DNA of 64,000 bases from Octopus sinensis (Eukaryota), in the NCBI RefSeq assembly GCF_006345805.1, contig NC_043004.1, forward strand, positions 86,118,001-86,182,000, written 5' to 3'. Every line of letters starts with the position of its first letter. Position 1 is the stretch's first letter. A program made the translations under genes and the position numbers. The notes beneath the pieces were generated by a model, which made no database searches, was not told the DNA's origin, and worked only from the letters and a program-made list of their open reading frames with translations. Below are positions 13,846-24,713 of this stretch, in pieces.

Positions 13846-13969
13846 ACTTTTTCACTTCCCGAGCGTTATACTAATATATCCGTTTGCTATCTACACCACG
13901 TGTCTTCGTCTTTTGTTTTTTTGTGAATTCTCCCTATACACAGAGCACACACACACACACACACATATA

Positions 13970-14014
<45 letters not shown>

Positions 14015-14329
14015 GCGCGCGGGGTGTGGGTGTGTGGCATGTGTCTGAAAACGTACCTTATTTCTTTATCTCCCAATTTTATGCGAGGAATATGTGTATG
14101 TGAGAGAAAGAACATGTGAATGTGCTTGATAGCATAATGAGTGTATATACATATGTGAGAGTATGCGTGAGTGCGTATATATATATATATATTATATATA
14201 CGTTCTTTCTCTCACATACACATGTATTCCTCGCATAAAATAAGGTACGTTTTCAGACACATGCACACACAGACAGACACACACACACACCTACACACAA
14301 ACGTGCGCGCATATACACACGCAGGGCTA

Positions 14330-14656
14330 CCATGTTAGGTTGGGCAAACAATCCTTACATTTATCATGTTTACCGATTAAAATGTTTTTGGAATTACATA
14401 GTAATATTCGTAGGCTATGACCAGTTCGCATGAGTATCCTTTCATTTCTCCAATTTTTGGATTTCCTGGAATTTGATACAGCAAACCACTAGTTCCTTTA
14501 TCTGGCATTCCTAGGACACCTATGACAACAGATATTGTTCAAACCATGAGGTTCCACATTTTGGCAATTTCTACTTCAAGATCTTTATAATTACTCAGTT
14601 TTTACTAAGTTTTGACAGATACATTTATATCGATGAAGACAGTCATGTCGATTAGT
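14330..14656 (-). mobile_element. R4/Dong-type non-LTR retrotransposon 3' fragment (REL endonuclease), decayed
   Basis: Minus-strand reading ILIDMTVFIDINVSVK.*..KLSNYKDLEVEIAKMWNL..*TISVVIGVLGM...IPGNP fits the REL C-terminal motif (D..P.D...E.EK..KY.DL..EI..MW); contains stops and frameshifts. Confidence 0.8.
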
Positions 14657-14980
14657 ATTGCTTTACTTCTCAGAGCGTTCGGTCTTCTTTGTCCTGTGAG
14701 AGCGGACAGCAACCTGTTCTCACAGGTCTCAGAGGGTCTCTTTCCGCATATTATTTTCTTTGATAATTGGTTGTTAACTTTCGTGCAAGTCATTCTACGC
14801 TCAGGTACCAGTCTCAAAAGCCTAGCTGTCACCAGGTTTTTGGGTCTTGATCTGTACACATGTCAATTCCGATTTCTCTGACATATTTCACGAACTTATT
14901 TGTTAGTGCTACGTGTCCACCAGCAACTACTGGAATGACAGACTCTCCTCATAGTCCACATTCTTGCAATTTCAGTAGTC
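14657..14980 (-). mobile_element. second, divergent R4/Dong-type LINE 3' end with 3' UTR stem-loop
   Basis: EIARMWTMR.(fs)VIPVVAGG...KFVKYVREIGID...LVTARLLRLV, then a UTR hairpin CCTGTGAGA...TCTCACAGG (14693-14726). Confidence 0.7.
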
Positions 14981-14988
14981 TATAATTT

Positions 14989-15043
<55 letters not shown>

Positions 15044-15092
15044 TAATAATAATAAAAATAAAATTAATAATAATAATAATGATAATAATAAA

Positions 15093-15450
15093 AAAGGTGG
15101 GCTACAGCATATATTCTGCTCAATACCACAGATTTACTTGTCAGTTGTTTGACCTTAAACAGTTGAGCATGTCCCTTAGTGGCTGACGATATATGCATCT
15201 CTGATCACAAGAAGTAGTGGGGGAGCATCATAGCCATGTGTTGAGAGGGATTCCTTGGGGTTTGAATAGTTCACCTCTGGAAACATGGGTGGTTCTTTCA
15301 ACATCCTTAAACAACCCTTATTCAGGGACCTTTTGAGCAGGATGGGCTACTCGACCTGAAGAAAATTCTAACTGGGCCCCACCTGCAAGGTCATGTGCTG
15401 TTTATCTTGATATGAGATCACCATGTCACGCACATATGGTTGTGATGCAG
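15093..15450 (+). mobile_element. family D repeat, 3'-truncated copy
   Basis: Aligns with 12120-12450 (aataccacagatt...tatggttgtgatgca). Confidence 0.8.
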
Positions 15451-15544
15451 GGCTACTTTCTGTATGTTATATATATATTTTTAAGTCCTGGTGTCTTTGT
15501 TATGTATTTGTTTGAATATTTTTTATCATACCTAATGCTCCTAC

Positions 15545-15588
<44 letters not shown>

Positions 15589-15589
15589 A

Positions 15590-15806
15590 GGCGGCGAGCT
15601 GGCATAAACTTTAGCACGGCGGGCGAAATGCTTAGCGGTATTTCGTCTGCCGCTACGTTCTGAGTTCAAATTCCGCCGAGGTTGACTTCACCTTTTATCA
15701 TTTCGGGTCGATAAATTAAGTACCAGTTGCGTACTAAGGTCGGTCTAATCGACTGACCTCCTCCCCCCAAATTTTGTGCCTTGTGCCTCGAAGTGTAGAA
15801 AAGACT
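15590..15806 (+). mobile_element. SINE family B, full monomer
   Basis: ggcggcgagctggca...gcgaaatgcttagcggtatttcg...gagttcaaattccgccgagg...ccttgtgcc tail; inserted between (TTA)n and (CTA)n. Confidence 0.9.
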
Positions 15807-15810
15807 ACTA

Positions 15811-15848
<38 letters not shown>

Positions 15849-15949
15849 ATACTTCTGCTTTCATAGCAGCAGTTAAAGAGGCGATGAAAGAACTTTACTG
15901 TTTAGGTATGTCAGTATAGGAAACATGACTACAGTAGACCTAGCAATAA

Positions 15950-16385
15950 TGTCTGACAACAAGAGCAATTCTAAAAGTTGCTTGCAACAAAGCGAGAGAT
16001 GCACTAGCAAAAATTACTGCGGCAAAAGTATTCACGAACCACAGCGACTGGAAATTTGCTAGCAACAGAGTGAGAGCAACGCTAGCAACATTTAAAACAA
16101 AAAATGTGTCCAACAACCACAGCAACTGGAAAAATTGCTAGCAACAAAGTGGGAGCAACGCTAGCAACATTAGGACAACAAATGTGCCCAACAACCAAAG
16201 CAGCTGTAAAAATTGCTAGCAACAAAGTGGTTGCAACGCTAGCAACATTTAGGACAACAAATGTACCCAACAACCAAAGCAGCTGTAAAAATTGCTAGCA
16301 ACAAATTAAGAGCAACGCCAGCAACATTTGCTACTGGAAGTGTATCTAGGACAAGAGTAACAGTAAAATTTGCTTGTAACAAATG
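15950..16385. repeat. 78-79 bp minisatellite (~5 degenerate units)
   Basis: TTGCTAGCAA recurs at 16056, 16135, 16213 and 16292 (periods 79, 78, 79). Confidence 0.9.
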
Positions 16386-17206
16386 AAATAATATCGCCAT
16401 ATTTTATTTGGTACTCTAGTGAGTCCGCCATGTCATCGCCTTTCTTTTGAATATGCTCTAAATATTTACGTTTTAGGTATGGAAATCAAAGACGTGGTGA
16501 AATGCAATTACTGAGGTTAGTAGCAGCTTAAGATATGGACACATAATTTTATCTGGAAGCCAGAAGCACATTGCAATGAGGACAATAGAAATCATCATTG
16601 ATATTTATAACTGAGGCCTCTGGAGTGTTCAGAGGAAACTTGGTGTGGTTGCACTGCTTAAAATTTCTGGTTGGCGAGGATAAAAAGAAAAAAAAATTAT
16701 GTCTCTAAACATTAAACATAACATTAAATGTTTTTAAAGATGTTTGATCGAAAAAAAATATACATTGTAAATACACTTCATAAATTATATACTAAACACT
16801 ATCAATAAAAACGATAACAAATATAGTGCTCACACCTAGTTTAGCGTTTGTTTACTACAGAGATCTGTTAGACATATTACATCATTGTCTGCACGCAAAA
16901 ACGAATTTGTAATGACATATTTTTACACTTCATTATTCATGATACGTATATAAAAACTCTTGTGGGATATATAGGTTTCAAAACTCCATATATACTATTT
17001 TGATGACGATTATCACCGTTGTAATTCACTTAAGCTGAACTTCCTTGGTTTGGCAGAAACTCAAGAGCCAATTGGTTTACACTTCAATATTTATTGCTAT
17101 TGTTGTTGTTATTGCTAGTTGTGTTTGTCCCATTTTCTCTTCCCCTCTGTTGCCCTCTACTCCGGGGAAACTTCGTAGAACGAATTGTTACTTGAAGAAA
17201 TTACTG

Positions 17207-17630
17207 TAGGAGTGGCTGTGTGTTAAGTAGCTTGCTTATGAATCGCATGGTTCCGGGTTCAGTTTCACTGCGTGGCACCTTGGGCAAGTGTCTTCTACTA
17301 AAGTCTAGGGCCGACCAAAGCCTTGTGAGTGGATTTGGTAGACGGAAACTGAAAGAAGCCCGTCGTATATATGCATATATATATATATACATGTACGTGT
17401 GTGTGTATATGTTTGTGTGACTGTTTGTCTCCCCAACATCGCTTGACAGCCGATGCTGGTGTGTTTACGTCCCCGTAATTTAGCGGTTCGGCAAAAAGTG
17501 ACCGATAGAATAAGTACTAGGTTTCCAAAGAATAAGTCCTGGGGTTGATTTGCACGACTAAAGGCGGTGCTCCAGCATGGCCACAGTCAAATGACTGAAG
17601 CAAGTAAAAGAGTAAAAGAGTAAAAGAGTA
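17207..17630 (+). mobile_element. SINE family A, full length
   Basis: tRNA-like head (ggagtggctgtgtgttaag...gggttcag), ccttgggcaag CORE-like segment, internal (TA/TG)n, (AAAAGAGT)n tail. Confidence 0.92.
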
Positions 17631-17699
17631 GTAGCACCACCCCATCATTATAAGATTCAATGAAGTATTATTGTACTATTTTCTTCTACTATAGTCACA

Positions 17700-18303
17700 G
17701 TATGTAAAATGTTACTAAAGGAGTCGTAAGTCGAGTACAATGACCTCAGTACTCAATTGGTATTTATTTTATCAACCTCCACCCCTCAAGGATGAACAGC
17801 AAATTCTACCTCGGCGTAATTCGAACACAAAACATAAATCCTCAAGAAATCCTGCAAAGCATTTTGTCCGGAGTGCTAACGATTCCACCAGCTCACCTTT
17901 ACTTTATTTAATCTTTTCTTCTCTGCTCTAGGCACAAGGCTCGAAATTTCGGGAGGGGGCCAGACGATTAGATCTACCCCAGTGTGCAAGTGGTACTTAA
18001 TTTATTGACCTCGAAAAGGCAAAGTCGACCTCAGCGGAATTTGAACTCAGAACGTAAAGACGGACGAAATACCTATTTCTTTACTACCCACAAGGAGCTA
18101 AACACAGAGAGGACTAAAAAAGGACAGACAAACGGATTAAGTCGATTATATCGACCCCAGTGCGTAACTGGTACTTATTTAATCGACCCCGAAAGGATGA
18201 AAGGCAAAGTCGACCCCGGCGGAAGTTGAACTCAGAACGTAAAGACGGACGAAATACCGCTAAGCATTTCGCCCGGCGACTAACGTTTCTGCCAACTCGT
18301 CGC
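17700..18303 (-). mobile_element. SINE family B cluster (degenerate monomer plus head with two body units)
   Basis: Head ends at 18303; GAAATAC|CTATTTC unit junction at ~18067-18080; B tail at ~17925-17980; an older copy lies at 17700-17897. Confidence 0.85.
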
Positions 18304-18595
18304 ATTCTTTGATTTAGTTAATGCTTACAGTGAAGGGAGATTTTGTCAGCAATTACTTGAAGGTCTAGTGACCAGATGCAGACCTCCATTTTTGTCGTTT
18401 TAACTTCATTCATATTAATTCTACGTTTTTGTTTTGAAACTCGGTCCGGGTCGACTTGAAATCATTCATGAGTTGCGGGTGATTAAAAGTAAATTATTCA
18501 TAAGAAATTGCGCTTTCCCAGTGCAAAAAAAGTTCCTTATATTCAAATACGTCACTAAAGTATCTTTGAAGAAGAAATGAAAATTCAACTAATCT

Positions 18596-18970
18596 CTTTT
18601 ATTCTTTTACTTGTTTCAGTCATATGATTGTGGCCATACGGGAGCACTACATTTAGTCGAGTAAATCGACGCCAGGACTTATTCTTTGTAAGCATATTAC
18701 TTATTCTATCGGGCTGTTTTGTCGAACCGCTAAGTTACGGGGACGTAAACGCACCAGCATCGGTTGTCAAGCGATGTTGGAGTGACAAACACAGACACAA
18801 ATACATATAGATACACACACACACACACACACACACACGTATATATATATACGACGGGCTTCTTTCAGTTTCCGTCTACCAGATCCACTAACAAGGCTTT
18901 GGTTGGTCCGAGGCTATAGAAGAGGACACTTGCCCAAGGTGCCACGCAGTGGGACTGAACCCGGAACCAT
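18596..18970 (-). mobile_element. SINE family A, head truncated by an inversion junction
   Basis: Reverse complement of the family A tail and body; breaks at ggaaccat|gtgagtagatttgg. Confidence 0.9.
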
Positions 18971-19056
18971 GTGAGTAGATTTGGTAGACATAAACTGAAA
19001 GATGTCTCTGTGTGTTTATGTGTGTGAGTGTGTGTTTGTATGCCTTTGTGTGTGTT

Positions 19057-19192
19057 TGTAGGAGCGGCTGTGTGGTAAGTAGCTTGCTTACGAACCACAT
19101 GGTTCCGGGTTCAGTTCCACTGCGTAGCACCTTGGGCAAGTGTCTTCTATAGCCTCGGACCAACCAAAGCCTTGTGAGTGGATTTGGTAGAT
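19057..19192 (+). mobile_element. SINE family A head, 3'-truncated
   Basis: ggagcggctgtgtggtaagtagcttgc...gtgagtggatttggtaga. Confidence 0.88.
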
Positions 19193-19587
19193 CAAAAGGA
19201 AATATACCCTGAGAACCAAATATTGTCTTTGTCATATTTCGAAATGGTGAGACGTTTCTCTACATTGTTTATGATGAGATAAAACCTCAAACAATTTCTT
19301 TGTTCCTACTGTTGACAAGATCTTAGCTCCTAAATCTCCATCTCATTGGCCTGCTTGCTGCTGCTACTGTTGCTGCTGCTATCATTACTACTGCTGCCAT
19401 TACTACTGCCACTGCTGCTGTTTAGTTACCATAGTTACATATACAGTTGGCATGCTTTTCCGGTTGTTGACGTATCTGCATGTATTTTGTATGCCTAAGA
19501 GTGACGGGGATATAATCACTGATGACTGATGAAGTTAATAAAGGGAGATAACACTAACAACTGAACACACACACATATATATATGTG

Positions 19588-19627
<40 letters not shown>

Positions 19628-19661
19628 AGTGTATCAGTGTATATATATAAATATTTAAATA

Positions 19662-19780
19662 CAGGGTGGTGGCGAAATGAGCTAAAACATTTGTAGGTTT
19701 TCTTTCTTTTTTTTAAAATTCTAACCTCTATTTCGCTTTATCAAACATACATATGTGACAGATCATTTCGCCCCAACCTA
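19662..19780. mobile_element. Tc1/mariner-type mini-MITE
   Basis: TA|CAGGGTGGTGGCGAAATGA at left, TCATTTCGCCCCAACCTA|TA at right. Confidence 0.6.
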
Positions 19781-20160
19781 TATATATTATATATGCGAGT
19801 GTGTATGTGTGGTGTGTGTGTCTGTGGTGTGTATTATATGGAACGGGAAACAAAATGCAAGGCATGGTGAGAATCTCAAGTCGTTGAGAATATTTAGAGT
19901 AAGGTGAATTTGATGACCAGTTATAGCACATACACAGCGTACCCATTCGTTTTGATCATAAGTCTAAACCTTCCATACTATATATATATATATAATATCT
20001 ATATAAATATATTTAAATATATATATATATATATATATATATCTTATATATAATATATATATATACATATATATATGTATATGTATAAATATTAAAAAGA
20101 TACGACACGCAAAATAGTTCATAATTTATGTATTTATGTATTTATGAACTATTGGCGTGT

Positions 20161-20202
20161 ATTCCACTGATGAGGCAAAGTCAGAAATCTGTGATCTGGA
20201 AT
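20161..20202 (+). ncRNA. type-I hammerhead-like motif with a 1-nt insertion before GAAA
   Basis: ATTCCA-CTGATGA-GGC aaa GTC-(A)-GAAA-TC tgt GA-TC-TGGAAT: 6-bp stem I, 3-bp stems II and III, AUC triplet. Confidence 0.55.
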
Positions 20203-20371
20203 TATCCATTAATTTTTTTGCTTGTTTATTTTGTCTCTTTGTATTCTCTACTGGTGCTGTATGGACATTAAATGTGGTGTTAGAGTCAAGTTTTGGCTGC
20301 TATATCTAGCAGTAAATGAAAGTACGATTGAGGAACGGTAAATATATATATATACATATATATATAGTATA

Positions 20372-20454
<83 letters not shown>

Positions 20455-20598
20455 GTGTGTGCATGTATGCCAACATACATACTTGCATATATGCATTCAC
20501 AGCAAACATTTATTATGAGTGGAGAACACCATCAGTAAAAGGGAGCATATGTAAACAAGTAGTGTGGATAGTATACTGAAAATAGTATTATCATCATC

Positions 20599-20640
<42 letters not shown>

Positions 20641-21109
20641 GGTAGTAGTATTAATAGCAGTAGTGGTGGTGCCTTTGCATGATGAGGGGGGCGGGTGCAA
20701 TGTCGTGAAACAAAGATGAGAAGAAATGAAATGAAGAAAGCCAAAGGCAAGATGTAAGGATAGAACAAAAGGCAGAATAGTAGGAGAGCGGGAGCTATGA
20801 TAACAGAACACAAATACAAGCTTTAATGTATATAATATATATATATATTATATATATATATATTATATATATATGTATATATAATAATATATATAACATA
20901 TACACACACATATACATATATATATATATATACATATACAATAATATATATATATGTACACAAACATGCCTATATATGTAAGCATGTACAATGTACATAT
21001 ATAAATAAGAAGGTATATACACACTCAACTATATATGCACATACACCACACAAACAACACACACACACACACACACATATATATAGCTATATATAACATA
21101 CATATATAA

Positions 21110-21144
<35 letters not shown>

Positions 21145-21168
21145 TAATGCATACGTGCATACATACTT

Positions 21169-21214
<46 letters not shown>

Positions 21215-21329
21215 ATATATAATAATGTATATAATATGGTAAGGCTGATGTAAGAACAATTGAAGTCTCTTGAAGTACGAAAAGAATGGAAAAAAAAAGA
21301 GCGTAAACGCGAAAGACACATATAGATAG

Positions 21330-21360
<31 letters not shown>

Positions 21361-21386
21361 ATAGATATATAGATAGATAGACAGAC

Positions 21387-21474
<88 letters not shown>

Positions 21475-21599
21475 TGATTGATAGATATATAGATAGATAG
21501 ATCGAGAGAGGGAGGGATAGAGAGAGACTGAGGGAGACAGAGAGGGAAATATATAGAATGGCTCACGGAACAGAGTGAGAAATAGAGAGAGTGAGAGAG

Positions 21600-22400
21600 A
21601 GCGTGAGAGAGAGAAAGAAAGAGCGAAATGAAGTGGGAGAGATCAGGTGTAGCCTACAGAAGAGTAAAGATTGACTGTGAGTGGCAAAGGAAAGGAAAAC
21701 GAAAGTGAAGTAATAAATAGGAGGACGGAACTAAAAGGTAAATGAGGAAAGGAGTCGAAAACTAAGGAAGAAAAAGAAGAACAAAGAAGAAAGAAGAAAA
21801 TGAAGAAATAGGAGAAATGGGAATGGAGATATAAGATAATTATGAAAATAGCGAGGAATGAAATATGCAACGAAAACGAAGAAGAATGGTGAACGAAATA
21901 GGAGAACGAATTACAAGAGGAACGAAGGAAATTGGAAGGAAAAGGAGAAAGAAATGAAAGAAAAAATTACAGAAGAATGAAATAGGAGAACGAATTACAA
22001 GAGGAACGAAGGAAATTGGAAGGAAAAGGAGAAAGAAATGAAAGAAAAAATTACAGTAGAACGAAAGAGGGATGAAGAATGAAATAGATGAACAAAAGTG
22101 AACGAAGAGTGACAAATCTATGGAGGAAATGATAAGTAAATAAAAGGAACGGAAAAATAAACAAAACACCAAAAATAATAATAAATAGAACGAAAGCGAA
22201 GAGAGAAGAACGTAAAAATGAAAACGAAAAATAGAAAGGAGAAAGATAATGAAGGAAGAAAAAAAAACGATGAAAAGAAACGAAGGCGATGAAGAAACTA
22301 TAGCAATGATATGAAAATGGAATAGCGCGTTTGAAGGAGAGAAAAGAAGAGTAACAAGAAGAGGCGGAAGTAAAGAAGAGAAAAAAACTAAAGATGAACA
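21600..22400. repeat. purine-rich (GA) low-complexity tract with an 84-bp tandem duplication at 21895-22056
   Basis: gaaataggagaacgaattacaagagg... starts at 21895 and 21979. Confidence 0.85.
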
Positions 22401-22482
22401 AATGGAAAGAGCATATATATATATATATATCTTTCGTCATATATATGAAAATATTTATATAGATATACATTATATATATATA

Positions 22483-22565
<83 letters not shown>

Positions 22566-22725
22566 GTATATATATTGATATATATATATATGAAAATATT
22601 GATATATATATATGCATTATATATATATATAATGTATATATATATATAATGCATATATATATATAATGCATATATATATATAATGCATTATATATATATC
22701 AAATATTCTATATATATATATACAT

Positions 22726-22775
<50 letters not shown>

Positions 22776-23349
22776 GTGTGTGTGTGTGCATGGATAGAGG
22801 GAGGGACAGGAATATGGGTGGGGGTAAGAAACAATTGAGTCAGTTTTTGGACTTGGAATTCCTGGGCTGTGTGCTGAGTCACTGCTGTAATTATTGATTG
22901 GAGTTATTATACCAAGCCACGAAGACCATTGGCAAGCCACGATGTCCTTGATGTTAATAACTGCTGTTGTTGTTGTTGTTGTTGGTGGTGGTGGTGATGG
23001 TGGCAGTGGTGGTGTAGCAGTTGTTGCTCCTGGTGTTGTTGTTGTTGTGTTGCTCCTAGGTCAGTTACGTTCAGACAAGGTCTATGATAAAAACGTTACT
23101 TCCCAACCGTCACTATTATGTTTGTTTCGTTTTGCTCTGTATAAGGTTGGGGAATACATGATATGACGTTTTCCTGTGATTTTCAAGGTGTTGTCGTGTC
23201 ATTTAAGGGAGGCAGGTCTACTGGTATTTCTACACCTGTCTCCCTTAAATGACTAAAGGCGGTGCTCCAGCATGGCCACAATCAAATGACTGAAACAAGT
23301 AAAATAATAAAAGAGTAATAGAGAGGGAGAATAAAGAGAAAGAGAGAAA

Positions 23350-23760
23350 CTTTTTACTCTTTTACTTGTTTCAGTCATTTGATTGTGGCAATGCTGGAGT
23401 ACCGCCTTTAGTCGAGCAAATCGACCCCAGGACTTATTCTTTGGAAGCCTAGTACTTACTCTATCGGTCTTTTTTTGCCGAACCGCCAAGTTACGGGGAC
23501 GTAAACACACCAGCATCGGCTGTCAAGCGATATTGGGGAGACAAACACAGACACACAAACATATGCACACACACGCATATATAGATATACATATATACGA
23601 CGGGCTTCTTTCAGTTTCCGTCTACCAAATACACTCGCAAGGCTTTGATCAGCCCGAGGCTATAGTAGAAGACACTTGCCCAAGGTGCCACGCAGTGGGA
23701 CTGAACCCGGAACCATATGGCTGGTAAGCAAGCTACTTAACACACAGCCACTCCTGCGCC
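23350..23760 (-). mobile_element. SINE family A, full length
   Basis: Reverse complement runs from ggcgcaggagtggctgtgtg (23760) to the aaacaagtaaaagagtaaaaag tail. Confidence 0.93.
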
Positions 23761-24316
23761 TAAAGAGAGAAAGCGAGAGATTGAGTGAGAGAGTAAGTGA
23801 GAGAAAATGAAAGAAAGAGAAAAAAGAGAGAAGAAAGTGAGGAAGCGAAAGCGATAGAGAGGTAAGGAGGGAAAGAGAGAAAGGGAGAGAAAGAGAGTGA
23901 GAGAGGGAGAGATTGAGAAAGAGGGAGAGAGATGGAGAAAGAGAGAAAGTGAGAGGGAGAGAGAGAGAGACAAATTGAGAGAGGGAGAGAGACAGGGAGA
24001 GGGAGAGAGAGAAGGGGTGTGAGAGGGAGATAGAGAGGGATAGAGAGAATGAGAGAGAGAGAGAGAGAGAGAGAGCGAGAAATAACTTGAGCGACATGGA
24101 TAACTGTAAACAAATGCTGCAATAACTTCAAATAAAAACTAGAGCAATTAAAAATAAACTCTAAAATGAATTCTTAATTAATTGAAATATCGATGGTTGT
24201 TGCGTTCTATCTATCATGCCCAGTAGTGATCATTAAGTAAACACATTTCTCTCTTAACTATGGCTCTAATTTTTACTAATTAATGTTTCTGGGAGCAAGC
24301 ACTGTGGTGAGTAATA

Positions 24317-24509
24317 CAGTTCTATATTTAGGAGATGAATTATGCACATCATTTACAATTGACAGATATGTGTCCTCATCTTGTTTATTGTTAATACAAC
24401 GTTACGGCTGATATACCCTCCAGCCTTCATCAGGTTTTGTTGCGGAAATTTCGACCCTGGGTTCTCATTCCTAAGGTATTTTTCGATGATATTATTATTA
24501 TTATCATTT

Positions 24510-24557
<48 letters not shown>

Positions 24558-24590
24558 TTATTATTATTATTATTATTCACAGCCTGGAAT
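24317..24590 (-). mobile_element. hammerhead-bearing repeat, left arm (inverted copy)
   Basis: Reverse complement aligns with 24598-24903 (attccaggc..., triplet run, aaaataccttaggaatgagaaccc...ctgatgaaggctgg...) and extends further to aaatatagaactg. Confidence 0.9.
24393..24438 (-). ncRNA. hammerhead motif, inactivated (GAAA>GTAA)
   Basis: AAAAC-CTGATGA-A-GGCTG gagggtatat CAGCC-GTAA-CGT-T-GTATT; A13>U at 24404 and one stem I mismatch. Confidence 0.7.
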
Positions 24591-24592
24591 AA

Positions 24593-24628
24593 GTCCGATT
24601 CCAGGCAGTGACCCGAATAATAATAATG

Positions 24629-24713
<85 letters not shown>

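Noticed and set aside
14990-15092. (AAT)n as the Dong-type target site of the adjacent REL LINEs
   Set aside because: In the elements' sense orientation the flank reads (ATT)n, the wrong strand for a (TAA)n target.
16477-16516. Possible 40-nt exon (ttttag|...|gttagt)
   Set aside because: Splice-like flanks only; there is no partner exon or recognisable peptide.
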